64,000 bases of DNA from Candidatus Poribacteria bacterium (GTDB lineage Bacteria > Poribacteria > WGA-4E > UBA9662), in the NCBI GenBank assembly GCA_046582655.1, contig JAYGDX010000413.1, positions 32,001-96,000 of the forward strand, written 5' to 3'. The notes beneath the pieces were generated by a model. It made no database searches and was not told where the DNA came from. It saw only the letters and a program-made list of their open reading frames with translations. How positions within the stretch are numbered: position 1 is the stretch's first letter; each line of letters opens with the position of its first letter. Below, one piece after another: positions 41,393 to 52,139 of the stretch. Position numbers and translations under genes: made by a program.

Positions 41393-42394
41393 TTATTTTT
41401 CTTCGTTTCCCTCACTTTCCTGTGTCGGGTTGTTATTGTCTTTCTCACTGTTACCCTCGCTTTCCTCAACAACGGGTGGTTCTTCCTTCAAGTCTTCAGA
41501 AGACTTGAATAATTTGTCTCTATTGTATTTATATAGGGCAAAAATCTGTTTTTTCCCATCCCGCTTTGCCGGGTGTTTGCCACCATCTTCATCCGCCGTC
41601 ATTAAGATCCTTTGAGATCCATCGTTGAGTGTGGCTGTAATTGTCGATGTGGACTCAAAATCGTCACCATCAATAAAGTCATCTGTTTCAAAAGTACTGA
41701 GTGAATTGAGTATTTGGTCGATTTCCGATTTCTTAGCAAGTGAGACAATAGGTTTCAACATCTGCCATTTGCCCTCAGAATCAAGTTGAAGTTCGATCTC
41801 TTCTACTTCAGATTTCATTGTCAAGGCAGTTACATCACCTTTGTTGAACTCGAAAATCTTACGGCTTTTCCAAGTACGAGTTCCTTTGTCAAAAGTTGAT
41901 TTCAGGTATCCTTTAGCCGTGTAAACTTCATCCGAATCAGCTTTTCGAATATAACTGTCGAGGAAACTTGATGTCGTTTTGCCAATGAAAACATGGGCCA
42001 AGACCTTGTTTCCGGAATCCCAAAATTCAGTTTCAACACCGGAACTATCTACTTCAAAGTTGGATTGTTTGTCCGGGTTCTTTGAGATGAGATCTAGCAC
42101 TTTGAATTCGCTAACTTTCTCAAGTATGTCTTTAACACCCTGTTGATCTGCGGGATAGTTATCCATTGATTCCACCAACCATTGACTGCCGGATTTAGCT
42201 AGGATAGTGGTTGTTGAATCAACAGTAATTTCTATCTTGGTAACGACATCCGGATCAAAACTGGGAAACAGTTTTTTTGCACTTTCCACCTTTTTGGTCC
42301 GCTCATCCTTACCCCATGGATTGTCAACAATCAGTATAACTGCCCCAAGAACAATCAGTACACCTAGCAAAATCAGAATTTGTTTGATCTTCAT
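41393..42394 (-). CDS. DUF4340-type accessory protein of a Gld-like ABC system
   Basis: N-terminal TM, two repeats of 'V..I.I....I.L....W.....AD...V..IL', acidic tail; follows the GldG-like gene. Confidence 0.75.
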   Translation of the reverse strand: MKIKQILILLGVLIVLGAVILIVDNPWGKDERTKKVESAKKLFPSFDPDVVTKIEITVDSTTTILAKSGSQWLVESMDNYPADQQGVKDILEKVSEFKVLDLISKNPDKQSNFEVDSSGVETEFWDSGNKVLAHVFIGKTTSSFLDSYIRKADSDEVYTAKGYLKSTFDKGTRTWKSRKIFEFNKGDVTALTMKSEVEEIELQLDSEGKWQMLKPIVSLAKKSEIDQILNSLSTFETDDFIDGDDFESTSTITATLNDGSQRILMTADEDGGKHPAKRDGKKQIFALYKYNRDKLFKSSEDLKEEPPVVEESEGNSEKDNNNPTQESEGNEEK

Positions 42395-42397
42395 GAT

Positions 42398-44047
42398 TTA
42401 CACCCTTCCGAATGATTCTATCATTTGTCTTGCCCGTCGTTTTAACAGAAAACGCATAACACCAATAATAGCAACCAAAGTTGGCACTAGTCCAATACAG
42501 ATTAATTTGATTAATAATCTGGTCGCACCACCTGGTTCTGTTTGAAAAGACCTATCACTTAACTTTTGAGAACGAATACCAATCAGCTGTCCACCCAACG
42601 CCAGATAATCGAGTGTGTTCTGAAAGAAAGCCATCCCAGCCGGACTAACCTGATTCAGAATTTGGGAGGTACCGACTACTACAATTTTCGTTGGTTCACT
42701 CTCAGATTTGGTCTCTCGACTAGAGTCATCAGATTCTTCATCAGCAATTGCATCATCTACAACAGGAGGAATATCCTTCCCATTGTAAAAACTTTTGAAT
42801 TCACCCGATAAGATTGCTGCTACTATGAACGAATTTCGGCTAGAACTTGGTGGACGGAACTGTTGTCCTCCGGGATTCAAGTCATATGGACTTTGGACAG
42901 TTGATGCGCCTTTGCTAGTCTGGGCTAATATATCGGCTTTCACTTGCTGATTATCAGCGGATATCCTTATCTTCAAACTGCTAGTCCATGGAAGCGTCAA
43001 ACTATCCAATTTCCCCGTGATAATGTGATCGGCAGCTAAACCTTCCGAGGTCTCTCCAGTCAAGAATTTGTACTCTTTAAGAACTTTTGGGAAATAGGGG
43101 TATGGACGCGTAACTGTCATAAACCCACCCTGGGAATAGGTTAAATTGTCGTGAGAAGCATAATCGGCAACCAGATTGTTTCCCAATTCTACACCGTGGT
43201 GTGAAAGTAAATCATTTAATCCGGTAGAAAGCGGATTTGCTTGAATTGTACCAGGTGGCATATTAATTGGGTCTATCAGAAATACCGCCTTTCCACCTCG
43301 CATAATAAACTGATCAATTTCATATTTTTCGCGTTCACCGATTATTGACTTGGGACCGGCAACTACCAGAGTCGAGATCTTTTCATCAATTGGTGCTCCA
43401 TCCTTAATTTCAACTTTTTGAATCTCATATTGTTTGGCTAATTCTTGGCGAAATTGAGCACTATTTTGAGCGTTAATATCAAACTCATCATGCCCGGAGA
43501 GAAAACCGATCGTTGATGTTTCTTTGCTAGTCAACTTAATAATTGTGGATGTCAAGTCATATTCCAAACTAGAAGTATTTTGTATGACAGGAATAACCTC
43601 TTTCTTATCTTCATAGAATATAGCAATTCCCATGTAAACATTTGCGACTTCGATTTTATCCTTTTCACGAACATTCACTTGAACTTCGGGAATCCCCATG
43701 AAGCGCAGTTTTTGTTTAAAGTCTTCATCATCACCTATGGGAAGAAAATCAATCTTTAGATTGCCGCTTCCATATGCATCATATTCATCCAGCATATCCT
43801 TGACTTCTTCACGGATTCGACTCACCTGCACTGGCGATTTGGAAAAATAGGCTTCAATTCGCACAACATCATCTAATTCTTTTAGTTTTGTCTTGGTTGA
43901 CTTAGATATGGTATACATCTTATTTTCTGTCAAATCGAGACGATTGAAAAACCGTTTTGACAAAAAATTGACGGCTAACACAATGCCGAGGATAACTAGT
44001 GCTAAGACAACCGTATTTGTTCCGTATACAAGTTTTTTAATAGCCAT
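42398..44047 (-). CDS. GldG-like ABC auxiliary component
   Basis: 'RLDLTENKMYTIS..T', 'LEYDLTSTI', 'IGFLSGHDE', 'LVVAGP', 'IDQFIMRGGK', C-terminal TM. Confidence 0.88.
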   Translation of the reverse strand: MAIKKLVYGTNTVVLALVILGIVLAVNFLSKRFFNRLDLTENKMYTISKSTKTKLKELDDVVRIEAYFSKSPVQVSRIREEVKDMLDEYDAYGSGNLKIDFLPIGDDEDFKQKLRFMGIPEVQVNVREKDKIEVANVYMGIAIFYEDKKEVIPVIQNTSSLEYDLTSTIIKLTSKETSTIGFLSGHDEFDINAQNSAQFRQELAKQYEIQKVEIKDGAPIDEKISTLVVAGPKSIIGEREKYEIDQFIMRGGKAVFLIDPINMPPGTIQANPLSTGLNDLLSHHGVELGNNLVADYASHDNLTYSQGGFMTVTRPYPYFPKVLKEYKFLTGETSEGLAADHIITGKLDSLTLPWTSSLKIRISADNQQVKADILAQTSKGASTVQSPYDLNPGGQQFRPPSSSRNSFIVAAILSGEFKSFYNGKDIPPVVDDAIADEESDDSSRETKSESEPTKIVVVGTSQILNQVSPAGMAFFQNTLDYLALGGQLIGIRSQKLSDRSFQTEPGGATRLLIKLICIGLVPTLVAIIGVMRFLLKRRARQMIESFGRV

Positions 44048-44050
44048 GAA

Positions 44051-44740
44051 TTATCTCCAACGTTTACTTTCAACTGATAAAATGCTTAAGTACAAGAAGA
44101 ATCCAATAACCGAGAAATAATAGATTAAGTCCCGTGTATCAACAACCCCTCTTGTAATACTGCTAAAATGTGATTCTAAACCGAAATCTCTGAAATATGG
44201 GACGAAACCAATTACCAACATGCCAAAACACATCAGGATTCCAGAGATAAAGGCAATAATCTGATCACTTGTGATAGTGGAAGCACAGAAACCAATTGAC
44301 AAATATGCGGCTCCCATTAGAAGTAGTCCCAGATAACTAGCAACGATCTGGCCACCATCCGGATCACCTAAAAAAGAAAGTGTGATTGGAATTGGAAATG
44401 ATAAAATGACCATAATGGCTATTAGTAAGAAACTGGAAAGAAACTTGCCAATTACAACTTCATAGCTTCTTATCGGCAAGGTCATCAGCATTTCAACTGT
44501 CCCCATTTTTTTCTCCTCCGCCCAGAGCCGCATTGTCATAGCAGGTACAAAGAAGAGGAAAATCCAGGGCATCAGCCGAAAAAAGTAGGTCATCTGAGCC
44601 TGACGTCTTTCGAAAAAGAAACCAAACCAGAAAAACAGCCCTGCCGAAACCGCAAGATAAGCGATGATATTAAAATAAGCAATGGGGGAGTTGAAGTAAC
44701 TGCTGGTTTCTTTTTTAAAGAGAGCTAATATGTTATTCAT
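44051..44740 (-). CDS. GldF-like ABC-2 permease
   Basis: 'KKETSSYFNSPIAY', 'PAMTMRLWAEEKKMGTVEMLMTLP', 'GKFL', 'RGVVDTRDLIYY'. Confidence 0.92.
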   Translation of the reverse strand: MNNILALFKKETSSYFNSPIAYFNIIAYLAVSAGLFFWFGFFFERRQAQMTYFFRLMPWIFLFFVPAMTMRLWAEEKKMGTVEMLMTLPIRSYEVVIGKFLSSFLLIAIMVILSFPIPITLSFLGDPDGGQIVASYLGLLLMGAAYLSIGFCASTITSDQIIAFISGILMCFGMLVIGFVPYFRDFGLESHFSSITRGVVDTRDLIYYFSVIGFFLYLSILSVESKRWR

Positions 44741-45695
44741 TCTCTAGCTCTCCGCGTGTTTGCGACTCGCTCCGAGTCAATTTCAAGAATACATCTTCCA
44801 AATCAATTGTCGTCTTGTATAGTTCGGTCAGCTCCCAATTATTCTGATTGACAAACTGAGCCAGTTCTGTAGCAGTCCGATGATCCTTATGGGATGTCAC
44901 ATGGTAGCGAAAACATTCTGCTTCCGAATCGACTCGTTTAAAGTCCAAAACAAAATCGAGATGTTCCAGTTTTGCCTCAATCTCTTCATGAGGTCCGATG
45001 ATGCCTATCTGCATTATTTGCTGGTCCAGTCCACCGAGTGCCAGCTCTTGAGGTGAAGCGTTAGCTACAATTTTTCCGTTGCTGATGATAAGCGTGCGAT
45101 CACAAGTCGCTGCAACTTGCGAGAGAATGTGCGTGCTGAAAATAATGGTTTTCTGTCTGCCAATTTCTTTTATCAAGTTTCGAATCTCAATAATTTGGTA
45201 GGGATCAAGTCCGGCAGTTGGTTCGTCCAGTATCAGAACAGGCGGATCGTGAATCAGCGCTTGTGCCAAGCCCACTCTTTGACGATAACCTTTTGAAAGT
45301 TCACCGATATTCTTATGCATCATCTGTTCCAAACTGCATATATCGATTACTTCTTTGATCCTTTCGTTGCGTGTGTATCCGGCGATTCCTCGAATTTGAG
45401 CAATGAACTTGAGGTAATCGACCACCCCCATGTCAGTATAAAGCGGGGTATTTTCAGGAAGGTAACCGATTCGTTTTCTTGCTTCTATTGATTCTTCAAA
45501 GACATCGTAACCGTCAACTGTCACTGTTCCTTCATCCGCTGGCAGGTAGCAGGTAATAACGCGCATTGCTGTACTTTTTCCTGCACCATTTGGTCCAATG
45601 AATCCCACGATCTCTCCAGCTTGAGCAGAAAAGGAGACGTTATTTACTGCTATTGTTGCACCGTAACGTTTGGTGAGGTTCTTTACTTCAATCAT
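44733..45695 (-). CDS. GldA-like ABC ATP-binding protein
   Basis: '[12 protein letters not shown]', 'IGYLPENTPLY', 'LSKGYRQRVGLAQAL', 'LDEPTAGLDP.QI.EIR'. Confidence 0.93.
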   Translation of the reverse strand: MIEVKNLTKRYGATIAVNNVSFSAQAGEIVGFIGPNGAGKSTAMRVITCYLPADEGTVTVDGYDVFEESIEARKRIGYLPENTPLYTDMGVVDYLKFIAQIRGIAGYTRNERIKEVIDICSLEQMMHKNIGELSKGYRQRVGLAQALIHDPPVLILDEPTAGLDPYQIIEIRNLIKEIGRQKTIIFSTHILSQVAATCDRTLIISNGKIVANASPQELALGGLDQQIMQIGIIGPHEEIEAKLEHLDFVLDFKRVDSEAECFRYHVTSHKDHRTATELAQFVNQNNWELTELYKTTIDLEDVFLKLTRSESQTRGELENE

Positions 45696-45836
45696 GAGCT
45701 TGTCACCTTAGCTGATTCTTTAAGTATTCTAAAAAATTAATGTACAGTTAGTATTCCATAAAAATAAGAGTGATAGCAAATCGAAAAAAGCAACGTCAAG
45801 TAAAAAACCATATTTATTTTGGCGATTTAAAAGCGC

Positions 45837-45865
45837 TTGAGTGATCCCTGATTTCATGCTAGAAT
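45837..45865 (+). promoter_or_regulatory. Sigma-70-type promoter
   Basis: TTGAGT-17 bp-TAGAAT with TGC extension, 42 bp before ATG 45908. Confidence 0.55.
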
Positions 45866-45907
45866 TTCTAAAATGTAAGATTATAGAATTCTGAGGAATC
45901 GGGACTG

Positions 45908-46720
45908 ATGAAATTATGTATTTGTAATGAAATGTTTGAGAATTGGAAAATTGAGGACGTATTCGAATGTGCAGCTAAGCTTGGTTATAAAGCAGTCGAA
46001 ATCGCTCCGTTTACGCTGGCAGATGATGTAAGGAATATTAGTGCCTCAGAGCGGGATCGGATCAAAAAATCAGCTGAAGACTCAAATGTCGAGATTGCCG
46101 GTTTGCACTGGCTTCTGGTATCACCAAAAGGCTTGTATGTCAATCATCCAGACAGTGAAATTCGCCAACGGACATTGGAATATTTCCACGCATTAATTGA
46201 TCTCTGTGCTGATCTAAACGGAAAAGTGATGGTGATTGGCTCGCCTCAGCAACGTTCTGTCCAAGAGAATTGGGACCCTCATCAAACTTGGGAATACGCT
46301 AGAGAGACTTTTTATCAAAGTGCCGTTTATGCTGAGGGCAAAGACGTAACTTTATGCATGGAACCTCTATCGGATAATCAGACGAACTTCATTAATACGC
46401 CTGCTGACGCGGTAAAACTAATCGAACAAGTTGATAAACCTAACTTCAGACTGATTCTCGATGTTTGTAGCACATCAAATCAGGGGCTGGATATGCCAAC
46501 AGAGATCCGTCAGTTTTCTAGTTATTTAACGCACTTCCATACCAATGATAATAACCTGTATCTTCCTGGATCCGGTGATGTTGATTACCCACCAATCATT
46601 GAAGCACTAAAAGAGGTCAAGTTTGATGGCTACCTTTCAACTGAGGTCTTTAACTTCGAGCCTGATCCAGAGACGATTGCCCGCCAGAGCATTGAGTTCC
46701 TAGAGCCATTGGTTGGCTAA
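45908..46720 (+). CDS. Sugar phosphate isomerase/epimerase (psicose/tagatose 3-epimerase-like TIM barrel)
   Basis: 'ICNEMFE', 'GYKAVEIAPFTL', 'GLHWLL', 'MEPL', 'LDV', 'HFHTND.N...PGSG', 'GYLSTEVF'. Confidence 0.9.
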   Translation: MKLCICNEMFENWKIEDVFECAAKLGYKAVEIAPFTLADDVRNISASERDRIKKSAEDSNVEIAGLHWLLVSPKGLYVNHPDSEIRQRTLEYFHALIDLCADLNGKVMVIGSPQQRSVQENWDPHQTWEYARETFYQSAVYAEGKDVTLCMEPLSDNQTNFINTPADAVKLIEQVDKPNFRLILDVCSTSNQGLDMPTEIRQFSSYLTHFHTNDNNLYLPGSGDVDYPPIIEALKEVKFDGYLSTEVFNFEPDPETIARQSIEFLEPLVG

Positions 46721-47076
46721 CACTATCATGTGCATTCCCTCTTCTCCGGATGATTCCTGCATCCTACCTATTACCGGTTGGCTATGCTAATGTCATCAAG
46801 CAGGGGGGGAGTGGAAATTATGCGTTTCAATGCAGGTACTAGATCAATATAACACTAACTATCATCGATGGTGATCTTAAAACCGATGTGCCACTGCTTT
46901 ATAAAAATTGATCCACGTCAGATCTAGATTTAACCATTTGCTGCAATTGAAATTATCCTTTCCAAAACGAAAGGTCATCAATCAGATCAAGAAAACCCAA
47001 AAATTGAGTCAGGTCGAACCGAAACTTCCACGTATTCGGGAGGTCGAGACTTATAATTATCAACAGGAAAAAACCA

Positions 47077-48486
47077 ATGGAACTTTTTGAAGCGGTCAGT
47101 CCGCTCGATTTTAGGTATTATGGTGCAAATCCAGCGTTTATGGAAAAACTTTTGCCGTATGTTTCAGAATCTGCCTACGTCAAATATCAAGCGAAGGTCG
47201 AGGCAGCGCTTGTACGTACATTGGCAAACAACGGCGTTTGTTCACACGAAATAGCTGACCAAGTTGAAAAAGCTATTGACCAAGTAACGGCCGAAGAGGT
47301 TTACGAAGAGCAATCGCGAATCCGTCACAATATTCGGTCGCTGGTCAACGTTATACGACGAAAGATCTCACCTGAAGCTCGTCCATATGTTCATCTATTT
47401 GCCACATCCGCTGATATTCTGGATACAGCCACAGCGATGCGTTTCAAAGAGTTAACCCAAAAGGTTATTTTACCTGATCTGATTAATTTAGAACAGCAGT
47501 TAATTGTACTCGCGTGTGAACACGCTGAAACGGTACAGATTGGGCGTACTCATGGGCAACACGCTGAACCCATCACCTTTGGATATGCTATAGCACTTTA
47601 CGTTAGCCGAATTGGGAACCGGATTGAGTTAATTGATCGAATGAACCGGAATTTACGTGGCCAATTCTCAGGGGCGGTTGGTGCCTTTAACGGATTATCC
47701 ATGATTAGCGACAGTCCGGAACAGATTGAATCCGATTTGCTAGATCAACTCGGATTAAAACCATCTGACACCCATACCTCGACACAATGTGTGGAACCTG
47801 AGTTTATCAGTGATTTAGCTTATGCAGTCACCTCAACTTACACTGTTCTGGCTAATTTTTCTGATGATATGCGGCATCTGTTCCGGACAGAGATTGCTGA
47901 AGTTAGCAAAAAATACGACCCAAAATTGGTTGGATCTTCGACCATGCCGCATAAAATTAATCCTGAAGCTTTCGAGAATGTTAAGAGTTTATGGAAAGCC
48001 TTTGTTCCCCGCATGCAAACAGTATTTATGGACAGTATTCTTGAACACCAACGAGATCTGACAAACTCGGCATCAAGCCGTTTTCTCACCGAGTTGTTTG
48101 TCGCCTTTGATTATTCAATCTATCGTTTAAGTCGCGTATTGGGTGAGATGGATGTAAAAACCGATCAGATGCGAAAGAATCTTGAACTGAGCGCGGGCAA
48201 TACAGTAGCAGAACCAATCTATCTTCTTTTGGCCTATTATGGTTTTCCCGACGCCTATGATCACACCAGAAAATTAGTGGCTCAAGTCCATGAGACGGGA
48301 CAAACTTTGACAGAATTGCTGTGGCACGACCCAGATCTACGCCCATTTCTCGAGCATTTGACTGATAAACAACGTGATGCGCTACGTGATCCGTCAGCAT
48401 ACATTGGAACATCGGTTAGTCGAACGCATGCCACGTGTACCGAATGGGGTTCAAGAATAGAAAGGATCTTGACAAATCAAACTTGA
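47077..48486 (+). CDS. purB: Adenylosuccinate lyase
   Basis: 'SPLDFRY', 'HLFATSADILDTA', 'GRTHGQHAEPITFG', 'GAVG', 'GSSTMPHKINP...EN', 'QRDLTNS'. Confidence 0.88.
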   Translation: MELFEAVSPLDFRYYGANPAFMEKLLPYVSESAYVKYQAKVEAALVRTLANNGVCSHEIADQVEKAIDQVTAEEVYEEQSRIRHNIRSLVNVIRRKISPEARPYVHLFATSADILDTATAMRFKELTQKVILPDLINLEQQLIVLACEHAETVQIGRTHGQHAEPITFGYAIALYVSRIGNRIELIDRMNRNLRGQFSGAVGAFNGLSMISDSPEQIESDLLDQLGLKPSDTHTSTQCVEPEFISDLAYAVTSTYTVLANFSDDMRHLFRTEIAEVSKKYDPKLVGSSTMPHKINPEAFENVKSLWKAFVPRMQTVFMDSILEHQRDLTNSASSRFLTELFVAFDYSIYRLSRVLGEMDVKTDQMRKNLELSAGNTVAEPIYLLLAYYGFPDAYDHTRKLVAQVHETGQTLTELLWHDPDLRPFLEHLTDKQRDALRDPSAYIGTSVSRTHATCTEWGSRIERILTNQT

Positions 48487-50744
48487 TCAACCGACGAGGA
48501 AGGAAGGAAGTTTGATCCACTGTTCATGTACAGGTCACCTATCAAGAGTTCTTCATAATCTAGCTTGATTTCTAAATTCGCATCTGCGATCGCCAGCCGG
48601 TTTGCTAGATTCGTGTTTCTTTGCACGACTTTATTGTTGCGAATGGCTAATGCCATGGCTCGTTTGGTACCAACAATCACCACCAAATTTTTGGCTCGAG
48701 TAATGCCAGTATAAACTAAATTTCGCTGCAACATCATGTAGTGTTGGGTCATCAAAGGAATTACCACGGCAGTGTATTCGCTACCTTGTGACTTGTGAAT
48801 AGTTGTGGCATAAGATAAAACCAGTTCACTTAGATCTAGCATATCGTAATTAACAGTTTTTTCGGGAAAAGTAACCTCCACAATCTTGTCGATTCGGCTA
48901 AAATTGGTGATTCGACCGATATCACCGTTAAATACATCAAGATCATAATTATTGCGAATCTGCATAACCTTGTCATTGATTCGGAATCCACTTCGGTTGC
49001 CAATCTGATTGGAAGCATCGCCGTTTAAAACATCCTGCAAAAGCGTATTCAGGTTTTCAGAACCGACAGTTGATTTCCGCATTGGACAAAGTACCTGAAT
49101 GTCATCCATCGGATGGTAATTATAGTGTGTAGGCAACCGGTCTTTAACCAACCCACATATTTTTTCGGTCGCCAAGTCTGGATCTTCTTCCTCGATAAAG
49201 AAGAAATTCCGATCGTCCAAGCCACTGAGTTGAGGAAATTTACCAGAATTAATTCGGTGAGCATTAATGATAATCATGCTTTCTTGCGCTTGACGAAATA
49301 TTTCAGTTAGCTCAACCACTTCGATCCTGCCGCAACTGATCAGATCCTTCAGCACGTTGCCAGCACCAACGGATGGTAATTGATCTACATCCCCAATCAG
49401 GATTAAGACTGCATCCGGTGGGATAGCCTTAATCAGACTGTTCATCAAGACCAGATCAACCATTGACATCTCGTCAACAATTACCACATCTGCTTCAAGG
49501 GGATTTTCACGATTTCGCTTGAATCCCATCCCCTGTGGGGAAAATTCCAGCAACCGATGAATTGTTTTGGCCTCACGTTGCGTCATTTCACTCAGCCGCT
49601 TGGCAGCGCGACCAGTTGGTGCGGCAAGGACAATTTTCTGATTTAGCATTTCAAAAAGACAGATCATTCCAATCGTTGTCGTCGTTTTCCCAGTTCCTGG
49701 CCCACCAGTGAGTATCATCGCTTTTGCGTTTGCCGCAGTATGTATTGCCTGCTGCTGTCCCACAGCAAGATGGATAGACAACTTTGACTCGATTTGGCTA
49801 ATAGCTTGATTGATAAATTGACCTGTTAAGGACGATCGATTCACGGACAGGATCTCATTAAGTGTGTTGTTGATTCCGACTTCGCAATAGTAAAACGGAG
49901 CCAGATAAATTGCCTCATCGTCGCCGATCTTTTCAATGATTACCTCTTCCTCACCAATTAAACTGGCAATGCCAAGATCAATATCATCCGGTGAGAGTTC
50001 CAATATTTCTTGGCAAACTCCGATTAGCTCTTGGCGGTACAGGAAAACATGTCCGGAACTGTCCGCTTTTTGACTGAGAACATATTTTAGCCCTGCTTTG
50101 ACGCGGTTAGGTGCATTCTTTTCAACACCCAGCTTTTGAGCGATTGTATCTGCAGTTTTGAATCCGATACCATAAATATCATTGGCCAGTCGATATGGAT
50201 TCTCCCTAACAAGCATGATTGAGTCATTTCGGTAAGTTTTGTAGATTTTGGTAGCGTGCGAGGTACTGACATTATGGGCTTGAAGAAAAATCATCACATT
50301 TTTGATTTCACGCTGCGCTTCCCACGCTTCTTTAACCATGGAAACACGTGCCGAACCGATACCCTCGACTTTGTTCAATTGATCTGGACTTTTTTCAATT
50401 ACATCCAGCGTCTCCAACCCAAACTTATCGACAATTCGGTTAGCCATAACCGGACCAATACCTCTGATCATTCCAGAACCAAGGTATTTGCGTAATCCTA
50501 CAATCGTTGCTGGCAGTACAGTTTCATACTTCTCAATCTTAAACTGCTGTCCATAAGTCGGATTGTCTACCCAAAAGCCTTGAAGCAGGACACTCTCGCC
50601 CGCGTTTACAGAAGCAATATTTCCAACAATTGTAACAAGCTCGTCGTGAGTTGGGGAGTTAAGTCGGGCGATAGTAAAACCGTTCTCCTCATTTTCGAAA
50701 ACGATTCGTTCAATTATGCCCTTGAGTATATCCATACCTACCAT
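48477..50744 (-). CDS. recD2: ATP-dependent RecD2-like 5'-3' DNA helicase
   Basis: 'IVFENEENGFTI', 'YLGSGMIRGIGP', 'ENPYRLA.DI.GIGFKTAD', 'TGGPGTGKTT', 'APTGRAAKR', 'DEMSMVD', 'GDVDQLPSVGAG', 'TIHKSQGSE'. Confidence 0.96.
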   Translation of the reverse strand: MVGMDILKGIIERIVFENEENGFTIARLNSPTHDELVTIVGNIASVNAGESVLLQGFWVDNPTYGQQFKIEKYETVLPATIVGLRKYLGSGMIRGIGPVMANRIVDKFGLETLDVIEKSPDQLNKVEGIGSARVSMVKEAWEAQREIKNVMIFLQAHNVSTSHATKIYKTYRNDSIMLVRENPYRLANDIYGIGFKTADTIAQKLGVEKNAPNRVKAGLKYVLSQKADSSGHVFLYRQELIGVCQEILELSPDDIDLGIASLIGEEEVIIEKIGDDEAIYLAPFYYCEVGINNTLNEILSVNRSSLTGQFINQAISQIESKLSIHLAVGQQQAIHTAANAKAMILTGGPGTGKTTTTIGMICLFEMLNQKIVLAAPTGRAAKRLSEMTQREAKTIHRLLEFSPQGMGFKRNRENPLEADVVIVDEMSMVDLVLMNSLIKAIPPDAVLILIGDVDQLPSVGAGNVLKDLISCGRIEVVELTEIFRQAQESMIIINAHRINSGKFPQLSGLDDRNFFFIEEEDPDLATEKICGLVKDRLPTHYNYHPMDDIQVLCPMRKSTVGSENLNTLLQDVLNGDASNQIGNRSGFRINDKVMQIRNNYDLDVFNGDIGRITNFSRIDKIVEVTFPEKTVNYDMLDLSELVLSYATTIHKSQGSEYTAVVIPLMTQHYMMLQRNLVYTGITRAKNLVVIVGTKRAMALAIRNNKVVQRNTNLANRLAIADANLEIKLDYEELLIGDLYMNSGSNFLPSSSVDQV

Positions 50745-50753
50745 ATATAAGTC

Positions 50754-51986
50754 TTAAATAGACTCCATCAGTTGAGTAAAAGACTTAAGTCGTGGATCAA
50801 TAATGTGAGGTTCACTAAGATGGCCGTTGAATGCTTCGATAGTCTTCATACCATTTCCGGTAATCAGAACAACTATACTTTCATCACGGTTAATTTTCCC
50901 TGCTTCAATTAGCTTCTTGGTTGCAGCAAGTGCCACCCCACCAGCGGTCTCAGTAAAAATCCCTTCTGTGCTGGCGAGCAGTTTCATAGCCCCAATAATT
51001 TCGTCATCGGTCGCTGATTCACCATAACCACCTGATTCCCTGACGGTTTCAATTGCGTAAATACCATCGGCTGGATTTCCAATTGCGAGTGATTTAGCGA
51101 TAGTATCAGGTTTCACTGGTTTAAAGAACGCACTACCTTCTTTCAGAGCGTTTACAATTGGAGCACATCCCTCAGCCTGAGCGACATGAATTCTTGTGTG
51201 GGCCCCATCCTCAATCAACTCCATCATCTCAAATTCGTGGCGTGCCTTAGCCATTTTGGTAACCAACGATCCACCGGCTGCTGGGGCGATAATATGATCC
51301 GGCGCTTTCCAGCCAAGTTGCTCAACCACCTCGAAGTAAAGTGTCTTAGACCCTTCAGCGTAAAATGGCCGTATATTAATATTTGCAAATGCCCAGCTAT
51401 AGACATCACCGATCTCACTACACAATCGGTTGACCTGATCATAATTACCATTAATACCAACAACGACGGGATCATATACGCTTGTACCGACAACTTTGCC
51501 AGTTTCCAAATCAGCGGGTATAAAAATAAAACAATCTAACTTAGCAATGGCGGCATGAGCTGAAACTGAATTCGCTAAGTTCCCAGTCGACGCACATGAT
51601 ATGGTGTCAAATCCAAATTCAACTGCTTTACTTGTAGCAATGGAAACAACACGATCCTTAAATGATAGTGTCGGCCGACACACAGTATCATCCTTGATAT
51701 AAATTTCTTTTGCGCCGAGTGCTTCTGCCAAATTCTTGGCCCGAATAAGCGGTGTGAAGCCAGTGTTTAGACCAGTTACTGGTTCACCGTCGAGTGGTAG
51801 AAGATCCGCATATCGCCACATACTGAGTGGACCATTCTCGATAGATTTCCGAGATATCGATTTTTTAATTTCCTCGTAGTTATAATCGACCTCAAGTGGA
51901 GCGAAAGACATCTCGCAAACGTGAATCGGTTTTTTCTCATACTTTCTGCCGGTCTCTCGACACTTGAGACCTAGAATTTTTCCCAC
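50754..51986 (-). CDS. thrC: Threonine synthase family PLP enzyme
   Basis: 'SMWRYADLLP', 'GFTPL', 'PTLSFKDR', 'CASTGNLA', 'EGSKT', 'SLAIGNPADG', 'ITGNG.K'; likely GTG at 51986 after GGAG. Confidence 0.88.
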   Translation of the reverse strand: MGKILGLKCRETGRKYEKKPIHVCEMSFAPLEVDYNYEEIKKSISRKSIENGPLSMWRYADLLPLDGEPVTGLNTGFTPLIRAKNLAEALGAKEIYIKDDTVCRPTLSFKDRVVSIATSKAVEFGFDTISCASTGNLANSVSAHAAIAKLDCFIFIPADLETGKVVGTSVYDPVVVGINGNYDQVNRLCSEIGDVYSWAFANINIRPFYAEGSKTLYFEVVEQLGWKAPDHIIAPAAGGSLVTKMAKARHEFEMMELIEDGAHTRIHVAQAEGCAPIVNALKEGSAFFKPVKPDTIAKSLAIGNPADGIYAIETVRESGGYGESATDDEIIGAMKLLASTEGIFTETAGGVALAATKKLIEAGKINRDESIVVLITGNGMKTIEAFNGHLSEPHIIDPRLKSFTQLMESI

Positions 51987-52139
51987 ATTGCTTCTCCGCA
52001 ATCTTAATTAAATTAGTTTGGCTATACCGTAAAATATACTCGATTTATGGCACATTGTCATCTAGAAATGTCTGGACATCATTTACAAGTCTCAAGTATC
52101 CTTAGATGCGAAAGACATGTAAGCTGGAGGTAACTGCAG

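Noticed and set aside
46727..47076. G7 tract (46803-46809) as a phase-variation switch, and the 60-aa ORF at 46908
   Set aside because: No convincing gene spans the tract in any frame.
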